Source: Candidatus Binatia bacterium
GTDB taxonomy: Bacteria; Desulfobacterota; Binatia; Bin18
Length of the DNA stretch: 64,000 bases
Direction of reading: 5' to 3'
Assembly: GCA_963666315.2 (NCBI GenBank)
Contig: CAXXHG010000015.1
Span: 128,001 to 192,000, forward strand
Under the pieces are notes generated by a model, which was given only the letters and a program-made list of their open reading frames with translations, was not told the DNA's origin and did not search any database. Positions 19,740 through 29,223 of this stretch are shown piece after piece (the first letter of the stretch is position 1; each line of letters begins with the position of its first letter). Made by a program: the position numbers and the translations under genes.

Positions 19740-20356
19740 GTGCGATTCGGTTCGGCACGGAGTGGGTTGACCGCACACGGCAGCGGGTGCTGGCTGCTCG
19801 CTCACGTTTTTCTGTTGGGCTGGATGTCCTCGGTGCGACGAATAACGCTTCAGATGTTGCCGACGGGCAGTTCTTTTCATGGCTGGGACAGTTTCAGTGG
19901 CTTCGACGCTGGCCGTGGCGAGACGTCCAGACTATTTTTCGACCAGACGTGCAACTCACAAACACAGCGTTATTATCCTTGGAACAGGTTGCGGTGGGTG
20001 GGCACTACAGCGTCCGCGGCTACCGCGAGAATCTACTGGTGCGCGATAATGCGCTGATGACCTTTTTTGAGACGCGCCTGCCACTGCTACGCAACCATGC
20101 GTGGGCAGATAATCTGGAGCTGGCTCCGTTTGTGGATTTAGGCCGAGCCTGGAATACCCAGCCGCCAACTCTCGGCACTGAGAATCTGGTGAGCGTCGGT
20201 ATTGGCTTACGTTGGGCGTTGACGCTCTCGTCCCTCGTCCAGTGGCGGCCGCAACTTGAGATCTATTGGGGCCACCCGCTCAACGAGGTGCGGACGTCTG
20301 GAGGCGATAGCCAGGACGAAGGGATCCATCTCCAGTTGCTGGTGTCTATGTTTTAG
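19740..20356 (+). pseudogene. ShlB/FhaC/HecB (TpsB) outer-membrane secretion protein, C-terminal barrel fragment
   Basis: GQFFSWLGQFQW, GGHYSVRGYREN (VRGY motif), PFVDLGRAWN, SVGIGLRW, terminal F; POTRA domains absent. Confidence 0.85.
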
Positions 20357-20599
20357 TACCTCTGCCTCTCGGGATCCTTGTACTTTGTACCGCCACAAGC
20401 GAAATGGCTTACTATGCTCAACCAGACGGCCATATTTCAGACACTGTCTGATGTCACGCCGACTGAGTTTTCGTTGCGCCATGCGCAGCCGGGCATGACG
20501 AGTCAACACAATTCAAACGTCTCGCTCAAGCAGCCGAATCCGTTCAATCGCTCGGCGTGGAGATAAGGGCCGGTCTGGAAGACGAACGACTTTCTTCAT
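20357..20599 (-). pseudogene. DUF4258-like (RelE-fold) toxin remnant
   Basis: RBS GAGGAG + MKKVVRLPDRPLSPRRAIERIRLLERDV*IVLTRHARLRMAQRKLSRRDIRQCLKYG...WRYKVQG; internal TGA 20513-20515, 3' end lost. Confidence 0.6.
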
Positions 20600-20895
20600 T
20601 CCCTCTCCTCAACAACGTGTTCCCACCCTCCATGCAGTCTCTCCTGTCTGCCAGAGTCCCCTCTCGCATTCTCCAGATCACCGACAACCCGGAGTTGATT
20701 ATTTTTAATTCTAATAGGTTGTCAGACTCTCTTCATATCACAAGCCGACAAGGGTATCGGCAACGATTCGTTGAGCATTGGGCCATTGCGTGAGAGTGCG
20801 CAAATCGGTCGTTTGTCCTTCCTACCTCCCCTAGTGGTGAGCTACGGTCTATAGTGTTGACATCTTACTAATATGAGGATTGAGGTGCTGGAGCT

Positions 20896-22416
20896 ATGAA
20901 CACGGAACATTTCGATGTCTTGGTCATCGGTGCGGGGATCTCCGGGATTGCCGCAGGCTATCATCTGCAGACCAACTGCCCGGACCGGACGTATGCCATT
21001 CTCGAACGGCGCGACACAATCGGAGGCACCTGGGATTTTTTTCGCTACCCAGGCATCCGCTCGGATTCGGACATGTATACGCTGGGCTACTCGTTCCGGC
21101 CCTGGACCGATCCGAAGGCAATCGCCGACGGACCGTCCATCCTGCGCTACGTGAACGAGACGGCCAAAGAATTCGGCATCGACAACAAAATCCGTTTCGG
21201 CCACCACGTGAAGCAGGCGTCATGGTCGACGGCGGATGCACGCTGGACCGTGGAAACCAAACGGATGGACACAGCCCTGCCCTGCCGCTTCACCTGCAAC
21301 TTCCTCTTCATGTGCAGCGGCTATTACAACTACGACCAAGGCTACACCCCGGAGTTTACCGGAGCCGAGAAATTCCAGGGCCGGATCGTCCATCCACAGC
21401 AGTGGACCGATGATATAAATTACGTAGATAAGCGCGTTGTCGTGATCGGGAGCGGTGCCACCGCCGTAACGCTCGTGCCCGAAATGGCAAAGACGGCGGC
21501 GCATGTCACCATGTTGCAACGTTCGCCCACCTATATAGTATCCGCGCCGTCGGAGGACCGTATGGCGAATTGGCTGCGGCGTTTTCTCCCCAGCAAGCTC
21601 GCTTACGGCGTGACCCGGTGGAAGAACGTGCTTCTCGGGGCCTACTTCTTCTGGTTCTGCCGGCGCTTCCCGGAACGCGCCAAGGTCTTTATCCTAGGCC
21701 GCGTCCGAGCGGAACTGGGCCCCGACTACGACGTTGATCAGCATTTCACGCCAACGTATAACCCCTGGCAGCAGCGCCTGTGTTTGGTGCCGGACAGTGA
21801 TCTCTTCACAGCGATCAAGGCCGGCCAGGCTTCGGTTGTCACAGACCACATCGATACCTTCACCCGGCGAGGCATCCGGCTGCGTTCGGGTAAAGAACTC
21901 GAGGCCGATCTCGTGGTGACGGCTACGGGCCTCACCCTACAGCTCCTGGGCGGTCTCAAGGTGACGGTTGATGGTGAGCAAGTCGAGTTCTCGAAGACAC
22001 TGACCTATAAGGGCGTAATGTTCAGCAACGTGCCGAACCTGGCCCTGGCCATCGGTTACACGAACGCGTCGTGGACGCTGAAATGCGATCTCACCTGTGA
22101 GTATGTCTGTCACCTGCTCAACCACATGCAGGCGAAAAGCTACGATCAGTGCTGCCCACGCCCGGACGACGCGGATATCGAGCGTGAGCCTTTACTCGAT
22201 TTCACCTCGGGCTACATCCAGAGAGCAATCCACACCTTTCCCAAGCAGGGTCCGACACTACCCTGGAGGTCGTATCAGAATTATATGCTCGATGTCTGGA
22301 CCGTGGCCTATAGCTCGATTGCAGACGGTACGCTGGATTTCACCCGGCGGCCGGCTGTCCCGTCCCAGGATTCCGCTGCAAACAATGTCGCACTGCCGGA
22401 ACAGGCGGCAGGCTGA
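20896..22416 (+). CDS. FAD-containing Baeyer-Villiger monooxygenase, EthA-like
   Basis: GAGISG, GGTWDFFRYPGIRSDSD, FQGRIVHPQQW, GSGATA, ASWTLKCDL. Confidence 0.92.
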   Translation: MNTEHFDVLVIGAGISGIAAGYHLQTNCPDRTYAILERRDTIGGTWDFFRYPGIRSDSDMYTLGYSFRPWTDPKAIADGPSILRYVNETAKEFGIDNKIRFGHHVKQASWSTADARWTVETKRMDTALPCRFTCNFLFMCSGYYNYDQGYTPEFTGAEKFQGRIVHPQQWTDDINYVDKRVVVIGSGATAVTLVPEMAKTAAHVTMLQRSPTYIVSAPSEDRMANWLRRFLPSKLAYGVTRWKNVLLGAYFFWFCRRFPERAKVFILGRVRAELGPDYDVDQHFTPTYNPWQQRLCLVPDSDLFTAIKAGQASVVTDHIDTFTRRGIRLRSGKELEADLVVTATGLTLQLLGGLKVTVDGEQVEFSKTLTYKGVMFSNVPNLALAIGYTNASWTLKCDLTCEYVCHLLNHMQAKSYDQCCPRPDDADIEREPLLDFTSGYIQRAIHTFPKQGPTLPWRSYQNYMLDVWTVAYSSIADGTLDFTRRPAVPSQDSAANNVALPEQAAG

Positions 22417-22439
22417 CCGCCGATTTTACAGAAACGCAC

Positions 22440-23579
22440 TTATTCCTTGACGCCGATGGTCTTTAGAAAGCGTTCCTGCACGACACCACACGTCATCTGG
22501 TACAACATGTCACGATCAGGTGACTGGGCCAGGAATCCGAGCGGAATCTGGAATCCACCTTTATCCCTGATATTTCCGCCCCCATAATAAGATTTCCGGT
22601 CTTCACCCAAGCCGAACAGCTTTTTCAAAAACGCATCCGGATTCACGGTATCGCTCCGCGTCCGCAGCGACCCATCGATCGCTTTGCCGTCAACAATGCC
22701 GAAAACAAGGACGGTGTCTGTTCCCTCTCGCTGCAGGAGGAACTCGGCGACTTGAGGAATTCCATCACGGTGTTCGCCGCGCACAAAGCCGACGTCGGTA
22801 AAGACAAAGGAGTCAAAAACCTGCTTGCGCTCCAGTGCTTTTTGGATCATGTCCATCACAATAGGCGGCAGGGATTTGGCTGAAATCGCCTTGAGGAGAG
22901 CCTGGTCCACACACGGCCACAAATATGCCGCCGCCTCGAACTCCAATCGACTCGCCTCAAGCAGGGCCATGGTGTCAGAACGAATACCATGCATCAGGGC
23001 CGTGGCCAGCCGGACTTGATCACTCTCCCCAGGGTTGAGGCCGTTAGGATATTGGGTCCGCAAGTATTCGGCGTAAATCGCACACGTGGATGCCGCATCC
23101 TCTCGGATATCAACAAACTCGGCCGGGACATCTCCGAGACGCCGATGATGGTCGACAAAAGAGAGCAGAGTTTTACCTTCAAGCTGATCTGAGATGGGAG
23201 TTTCCGGGCTTTGGGTATCAACCAGGGCATAGGCGGCGTAGGGCTCAAGGTCAAATTTCTCGTCATACAGCTGCAGATCGATCTCAAGCCGCTTCACGAG
23301 CGCACGGTTCTCTTGATGGCTAACCTCGTGAAAACACAGCAGTGTGGCTTCAATCTCAAATTCTTTAGCCAAAAACTGATGGGCGAGACCGGAAGCAATA
23401 TTGTCCGGGTCAGGATAGCCCACCAGAACCAGGAGAATCTTCTCGCCTCGATGGCGGGCGAGTACCTCGCGGAGCTTTTTCCATTGTTTTTTTGGGGAAC
23501 ATTTTTCTAGAATGGTTTCGGTTTCAATAACCCGTAGCGAGGGTTCTTCTACTGCGGCGGATTGTGCCGTGTTTGCCAT
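22440..23579 (-). CDS. DHH family phosphoesterase
   Basis: PDPD, VDHH, GIRSDT, C-terminal GGG. Confidence 0.88.
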   Translation of the reverse strand: MANTAQSAAVEEPSLRVIETETILEKCSPKKQWKKLREVLARHRGEKILLVLVGYPDPDNIASGLAHQFLAKEFEIEATLLCFHEVSHQENRALVKRLEIDLQLYDEKFDLEPYAAYALVDTQSPETPISDQLEGKTLLSFVDHHRRLGDVPAEFVDIREDAASTCAIYAEYLRTQYPNGLNPGESDQVRLATALMHGIRSDTMALLEASRLEFEAAAYLWPCVDQALLKAISAKSLPPIVMDMIQKALERKQVFDSFVFTDVGFVRGEHRDGIPQVAEFLLQREGTDTVLVFGIVDGKAIDGSLRTRSDTVNPDAFLKKLFGLGEDRKSYYGGGNIRDKGGFQIPLGFLAQSPDRDMLYQMTCGVVQERFLKTIGVKE

Positions 23580-23820
23580 AGTTTTTCTCCACGAGGTTGA
23601 AAAATGTAAGGGTTATACTCCTCTCTCAAAAGAGGACAACAAGCAGAACCCGGGTCCTTTTTCCTCACCCTAGTACACCTGCTCTCTTGAGTAAGCATAG
23701 CGCCTATGGTAGGTGATTCGCCACTGTTAAAGAGAATTAAATCAAAACGCAACCCCAGCAGACCCTACCCAGAGCACCAGATGCTCTCACCCGGCGTAGT
23801 GTAAAAAGGAAGGAAGTGCG

Positions 23821-24594
23821 GTGCTCAGCTTTGTACGTTGGTGCGGACACCTCGCACTGAATTCGCTGCACGAAACGGGCCGTATGGGGATTTTCCTCGG
23901 GACGGTGCTGCTCGACATCTTCGTACCGCCGCTTCAGGCAAAACAGCTCCTGCGCCGTATTTCTTTCATCGGAACTCGCTCTCTCCTTTTGATCATCTTC
24001 ACCGGTGCCTTTATGGGCATGGTCGTGGCGCTGCAGGGGTATGTCGCGCTGCGGCGTTTTGGAGGAGAGGAAGCGCTGGGTCCGCTGGTGGGCTTGAGCC
24101 TGATACGCGAGATTGGACCTGTCGTGTCAGCCTTGATGATTACCGCCCGCGCAGGCTCAGCGCTGACGGCTGAACTGGGCATTATGCGCATTACCGAGCA
24201 GATTGACGCGCTCGAAGTCATGGCCCTCAATCCCATCAAATATCTGGTTGTCCCGATTTTCCTGGCTTCGTTGATCACTTTTCCCCTCTTAAACGGCGTC
24301 TTTGTTACTGTCGGCATTTATGGCGGCTATATGGTTGGAGTAGAACTGCTCGGCGGGAGTTCGGGGGCCTATTTTACCCAAATGAGCAGTGCAGCAGGTT
24401 CTGACGATATCTGGATGGGCGTCTATAAATCACTCTCTTTTGGAGCCATTGTCGCTTGGGTCAGCTGTTTTAAGGGATTCTACGCCGGCCATGGCGCCGA
24501 AGGGGTCAGCCAAGCCACAACGCAAGCTGTTGTGATGTGTTCAGTCTTAATCCTCGTCTGGGATTACTTCATCGGCTCGGTCCTCCTGTTATAG
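23821..24594 (+). CDS. mlaE: MlaE lipid ABC transporter permease
   Basis: REIGPV, RAGSALTAELGIMRITEQIDALEVMA, GAEGVSQATTQAVV. Confidence 0.93.
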   Translation: MLSFVRWCGHLALNSLHETGRMGIFLGTVLLDIFVPPLQAKQLLRRISFIGTRSLLLIIFTGAFMGMVVALQGYVALRRFGGEEALGPLVGLSLIREIGPVVSALMITARAGSALTAELGIMRITEQIDALEVMALNPIKYLVVPIFLASLITFPLLNGVFVTVGIYGGYMVGVELLGGSSGAYFTQMSSAAGSDDIWMGVYKSLSFGAIVAWVSCFKGFYAGHGAEGVSQATTQAVVMCSVLILVWDYFIGSVLLL

Positions 24595-24601
24595 CTATGA
24601 C

Positions 24602-25348
24602 ATGATACGCTTTGTAAATATCCAGAAGTCTTTCGGCAGCCAACACGTGCTGACCGGGGTCAATTTGGAGATCCCGGATCAGGCGCTCTACGTCATTGTT
24701 GGCGGGAGCGGAGTGGGCAAAAGCTGTCTGCTCAAACATCTGATCGGCTTGATGCGTCCGGATAACGGCCAAGTCTGGGTGGATGATGTAGAGATTACCG
24801 CCCTCCGCCGGCGGGCGCTGAATCCTGTCCGGAACCGATTCGGCATGCTCTTTCAGGGAGGCGCGTTGTTCGACTCAATGTCTGTGTATGATAACGTCGC
24901 TTTTCCTCTCCGCGAGAAGACACGCAAAAATGAACCCGAAATCCGAGAGAAAGTGCATGAGCGGCTCGCCCAGGTCGGATTAGCCGGGGTCGATAACAAA
25001 TTTCCTTCCGAGCTGTCGGGCGGAATGCGAAAACGTGCGGCATTAGCGCGCGCATTGATCTCTGATCCGGAAATCTTATTATTTGATGAGCCTACGACCG
25101 GCCTCGATCCGATCCGGGTGAACGCCATTCATCAGCTTATCCTGGACCTTCACAAACTCCTTCGTTTTACTGCCGTCATCGTCAGCCACGAAATCCCAGA
25201 GGTCTTTTCTCTCGCCACCCATATCGCTATGTTGCACCAAGGGGTCATCATCGAATCCGGCTCACCAACTGACATCCAGGCGTCAAACAATCCGGTTGTC
25301 CAACAGTTCATTAGCGGTCAGATCGAAGGCCCAATAGACGTATACTAA
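24602..25348 (+). CDS. mlaF: MlaF ABC transporter ATP-binding protein
   Basis: GGSGVGKS, FQGGALFDSM, LSGGMRKRAALARA, DEPTTGLDP. Confidence 0.93.
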   Translation: MIRFVNIQKSFGSQHVLTGVNLEIPDQALYVIVGGSGVGKSCLLKHLIGLMRPDNGQVWVDDVEITALRRRALNPVRNRFGMLFQGGALFDSMSVYDNVAFPLREKTRKNEPEIREKVHERLAQVGLAGVDNKFPSELSGGMRKRAALARALISDPEILLFDEPTTGLDPIRVNAIHQLILDLHKLLRFTAVIVSHEIPEVFSLATHIAMLHQGVIIESGSPTDIQASNNPVVQQFISGQIEGPIDVY

Positions 25349-25365
25349 GACGCATATGGACGCGT

Positions 25366-25857
25366 ATGAAAATTGATGGAGAACTGGTAGTCGGAGTGTT
25401 GTTGCTTGGGATTGTGGCGGGTCTCGGCTATATGTCTATACAGTTGGGACAAATCGAACCCGGCTCGGGAAGTTATCCCGTGTATGCGGACTTTATAAAC
25501 GCCGGCGGCCTGCAAGACGGGGCAGTCATCGAACTGGCAGGAGTGGAGATCGGACGGGTCGAATCCGTGACCCTGGCCGATTATAAAGCGCGCGTCACCC
25601 TCAAAATTCGCAGCGATATCCCGCTGCAAGAAGATGCGCAGGCCGCGATCAAGACGAAGGGATTGATAGGCGAACGGTATGTGGCAATTATGCCAGGCCA
25701 CTCCTCGACCATCCTCCCCCCGGGAGGGACTATTGACAAGACCGAAGAGTCGGTCGACATTCAGCAGTTACTAGGAGAATTTATCTTCGGTGATGTTGGA
25801 GCTACAACCGCATCAGAGAATACGCTATCGGATAGTGCTGATCCTTCCGATCCTTGA
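25366..25857 (+). CDS. mlaD: MlaD (MCE) outer membrane lipid asymmetry protein
   Basis: N-terminal TM; AGGLQDGAVIELAGVEIGRV, IKTKGLIGERYV. Confidence 0.92.
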   Translation: MKIDGELVVGVLLLGIVAGLGYMSIQLGQIEPGSGSYPVYADFINAGGLQDGAVIELAGVEIGRVESVTLADYKARVTLKIRSDIPLQEDAQAAIKTKGLIGERYVAIMPGHSSTILPPGGTIDKTEESVDIQQLLGEFIFGDVGATTASENTLSDSADPSDP

Positions 25858-26064
25858 ACGCTGGACCTGGATTAGCCGTACGATAGAGAGGCGCAGGGCA
25901 GGATATGATGGATGTGATGTTCCAAGATGGGATATGCTGGACACAGGGAACATCTTGAAGAGAGAGATGTCTGCACAGCGGATGTTGAGCGAATATTCAA
26001 CGTGGAGGAAACGAGTCACCGGTTCATAACAGAAGCGGTCGCACTCACGCTGAGGAGGCGGAAT

Positions 26065-26811
26065 ATGCTGGGGAAACTGGTGCTGGCGGTGAGTCTATGG
26101 GCGACGCTACAGCTGGGATTCATCCCAGCTGGGGCTGACGCCCAGATGGGGGATCCCGCGCTGAACGCCGCGGCTCCAGTACCGATCTCTGATCCATTTA
26201 AACCATTTAATCAGACTATGTTCAGCTTCAACCTGAAGCTGGACGAATATATTCTCCGTCCGGTCGCAACCGGATATGCCAGCGTGCTTCCATATGGCGC
26301 GCGCCAGGGGGTTGGGCGCTTTTTCCATAATATCAATATTGCCCCACGCCTCGGCAATAAACTCCTCCAAATGAAGCTCGTTGGCGCGGGGGTAGAGTTG
26401 AGTCGTTTCTTAATTAATACGACGATCGGCGGCCTGGGATTTTTCGATGTCGCCGACAGTTGGCTCGGACTCGAAGCGAGTCATGCCGACTTCGGACAAA
26501 CTTTAGCCCAGTACGGCATGTCGTCAGGCCCGTACCTCGTGCTGCCCTTTTTCGGTCCTTCAACGGTCCGCGATGCCGTGGGCTTTGGCGCCGATGGCGC
26601 TATGCAACCCATGAACTACTTCCTGCCGACCTTTCCAGAGCTCATTGCCGCGCGGGGTGGTTGGGTCGTGGGCAGCACCATCAATACCCGGTCGCTCAAT
26701 CTAGAATTGTTCGAAAGCGTGGATCGGATTTCGCTTGATCTCTACAGTGCGGTTCAAGACGGCTACCTGCAGAGACGCGAACAGGTCATTCGAGAAGCAC
26801 TACAGAAATAG
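26065..26811 (+). CDS. mlaA: MlaA/VacJ family lipoprotein
   Basis: DPFKPFNQTMFSFN, RFLINTTIGGLGFFDVA, DFGQTL, GPYLVLPFFGPSTVRD; RBS GAGGAGG. Confidence 0.92.
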   Translation: MLGKLVLAVSLWATLQLGFIPAGADAQMGDPALNAAAPVPISDPFKPFNQTMFSFNLKLDEYILRPVATGYASVLPYGARQGVGRFFHNINIAPRLGNKLLQMKLVGAGVELSRFLINTTIGGLGFFDVADSWLGLEASHADFGQTLAQYGMSSGPYLVLPFFGPSTVRDAVGFGADGAMQPMNYFLPTFPELIAARGGWVVGSTINTRSLNLELFESVDRISLDLYSAVQDGYLQRREQVIREALQK

Positions 26812-26831
26812 GACAGGAGTAGGATCAGTTC

Positions 26832-27488
26832 ATGAAGCAGCGGCCTCTTTTCTTACTGACCACGCTGGGCGCGTTTTTCTTGACCGTATTGTTCGTGCTG
26901 GCACGGACAGTCCAGGCGGCTGATTCACCCCTGGAGATAGTCCGTTCAACCGTGGAGCAAGTGATCCAAGTCTTCAAGGATCCAGCGAACCAGGGCCCGG
27001 GCACGCGTGCCCAGCGTCTGGAGCAAGTGAGCGCAGTTGTCCGCCCTATGTTCGATAGGCGCGAGGTCGCGAAGCGCACTCTGGGGGTGTATTGGCGGGA
27101 TCGAACTGAGGAGCAGCGAGAAGAATTCATCTATCTTTTTACGACATTGATCGAAAAGTCGTATGGCGAATCGTTTGACAAATTATACCGAAAATATCAG
27201 GATCAGGTCGAGTTTTTTTATGATCAAGAGGCGATTGACGGCAATTTCGCTGAAGTGCATACGCGTATTCATAACCCCGTTCTGAACAAGTATTTCTCGA
27301 TCAACTATCGCTTTCTCAAAGTCGACGCGCGCTGGCTTATTTATGATGTTGTCATAGAGAACGTCAGCCTGATTCGCAACTTTCGGACGCAGTTTTATCG
27401 CATTATCGGTAAGACTTCTTACGAAGAACTGGTTCAGAAGCTACAGGCGAAACTGAGGCAGCTCTCGGCAGCGCCCTCCCCTTCCTAG
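26832..27488 (+). CDS. mlaC: MlaC/Ttg2D phospholipid-binding protein
   Basis: WLIYDVVIENVSLIRNFRTQF; signal peptide; mla operon context. Confidence 0.9.
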   Translation: MKQRPLFLLTTLGAFFLTVLFVLARTVQAADSPLEIVRSTVEQVIQVFKDPANQGPGTRAQRLEQVSAVVRPMFDRREVAKRTLGVYWRDRTEEQREEFIYLFTTLIEKSYGESFDKLYRKYQDQVEFFYDQEAIDGNFAEVHTRIHNPVLNKYFSINYRFLKVDARWLIYDVVIENVSLIRNFRTQFYRIIGKTSYEELVQKLQAKLRQLSAAPSPS

Positions 27489-27626
27489 CCCGAGTTCGCG
27501 TGTGTCTTGCTGGTGGAGCAGAATCAGTGATCAGTAGGGAGAGAATCCCGCTGCTGATCGGTACCTCATGCACGCTCCTGCCTGTACGCACATAACTCAG
27601 AGTGACGGCTAAGCCGCTGCTATCAA

Positions 27627-29208
27627 ATGTCGCAGATGTCGTACCATTTTACGCTTTCAGCGCTAGACTTTGATGCCGTGCTATTTGATCTCGATGGCGT
27701 TGTGACGCAGACAGAGAAATTGCATGCGGTTGCCTGGAAAACACTCTTTGACGATTTTCTGGCACGGCGGACACAGCAGCACAAAACCCCCTTTCCCCCG
27801 TTCGATGCTGAGGCAGACTATCTGCAGTATGTGGATGGTAAGCAGCGCTACGACGGAGTGGCCAGTTTTCTGGCTGCACGCGGCATTACTCTTCCCTACG
27901 GTGATCCACAGAATAGCGTTGAGGAAGAGACGATTTGCGGGCTGGGGAATAAAAAAAATGCCGCCTTTCTTGCATGCCTGGCGGATACCGGCATTCAAGT
28001 CTTTGACTCAACTATCGTGCTGATCAAAGTCCTGCGTCAACACGGTATCAAAATCGCCATTGTCTCGTCGAGTAAAAATTGTCACATCGTCTTAAAGCAG
28101 GCTGAGCTTACGCCCCTGTTTGATACCCGTGTTGACGGTGTAGAGAGTGCCAGGCTCAAGCTGCCGGGCAAGCCCGCTCCAGACACCTATCTCGAAGCCG
28201 CCAGACGGCTCGGCGTCAAACCGGAGCGCACCGCCATTGTCGAGGATGCAAATTCCGGAGTCGAGGCCGGCCAGAGAGGAGGCTTTAGCCTCGTGCTCGG
28301 CGTCGCCCGACAGGGCAATCATGCCGCCCTCGAACAGCATGGCGCAGACGTCGTCGTGACCGACCTTGAAGAGATCGGCGTTGGTACTCGCCCCGAGATC
28401 CCGCGCATCCGGAATGTGCTGAACCTGCCCTCAGCACTCGACCACGACACCGCGATTATCCAGCAGCTCAAGGCGCAACGGCCCGTCGTCTTTTTGGACT
28501 ACGACGGCACCCTCACGCCAATAGTGAGTCGGCCAGATCTGGCGACGCTGTCTGAAGGGATGCAGGAGACACTCGCGGCGCTGGCAGTACGCTGCCCGGT
28601 CGCCATCGTCAGCGGTCGGGATCTCGCTGATGTCCGTAACCTCGTTCAGCTTGACACGGTATTTTATGCCGGGAGTCATGGGTTTGACATCTCAGGTCCC
28701 GACGGGCTCCAGATGCAGCACCAGCAGGGAGAAGACTTTCTGCCTGTACTCGATCAGGCGGAAGCCTTGCTCCAGCAAAAAACTCAGCACAATTCCGGCT
28801 GCTTTTATTGAACGTAAAAAATTCTCGATTGCCGTGCATTTTCGGGATGTTGGACCTCAGCATGTAGAACAGATTGAATCTGTTGTGGAGGCGGTCCTTG
28901 CATCCCAGCCTCAACTCCGCAAAGGCTGGGGGAAAAAGGTATTCGAGTTACAACCCCGGATCGACTGGCATAAAGGCAAAGCCGTACGCTGGCTGCTTGA
29001 CGCGCTCGGGCGCAACAGACCGGATGTCCTGCCTCTCTATATTGGGGATGATGTAACCGATGAAGATGCCTTTCGTGCGCTGGCTGAACGCGGCATCACG
29101 ATTGTCGTTTCTGAGACTCCCCGATGTTCAGCCGCGCGCTATGTCATGCAGGATACCGCTCAAGTGCAAACTTTTCTCCGAGGGCTTGCCACTGCTCTCT
29201 CCGCTTAG
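27627..29208 (+). pseudogene. otsB: beta-phosphoglucomutase-like HAD + trehalose-6-phosphate phosphatase fusion, +1 frameshift in A6 run (28777-28782)
   Basis: FDLDGVVT and GKPAPD (HAD), then FLDYDGTL, SGR, GSHG, KGKA, GDDVTDEDAF (TPP); removing one A restores LLQQKLSTIPAAFIERK. Confidence 0.85.
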
Positions 29209-29223
29209 ACAAGCAGGACTAGC

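Noticed and set aside
20513-20515. TGA in the DUF4258-like gene as selenocysteine
   Set aside because: Not in a Cys/redox motif and no convincing downstream hairpin; gene also truncated
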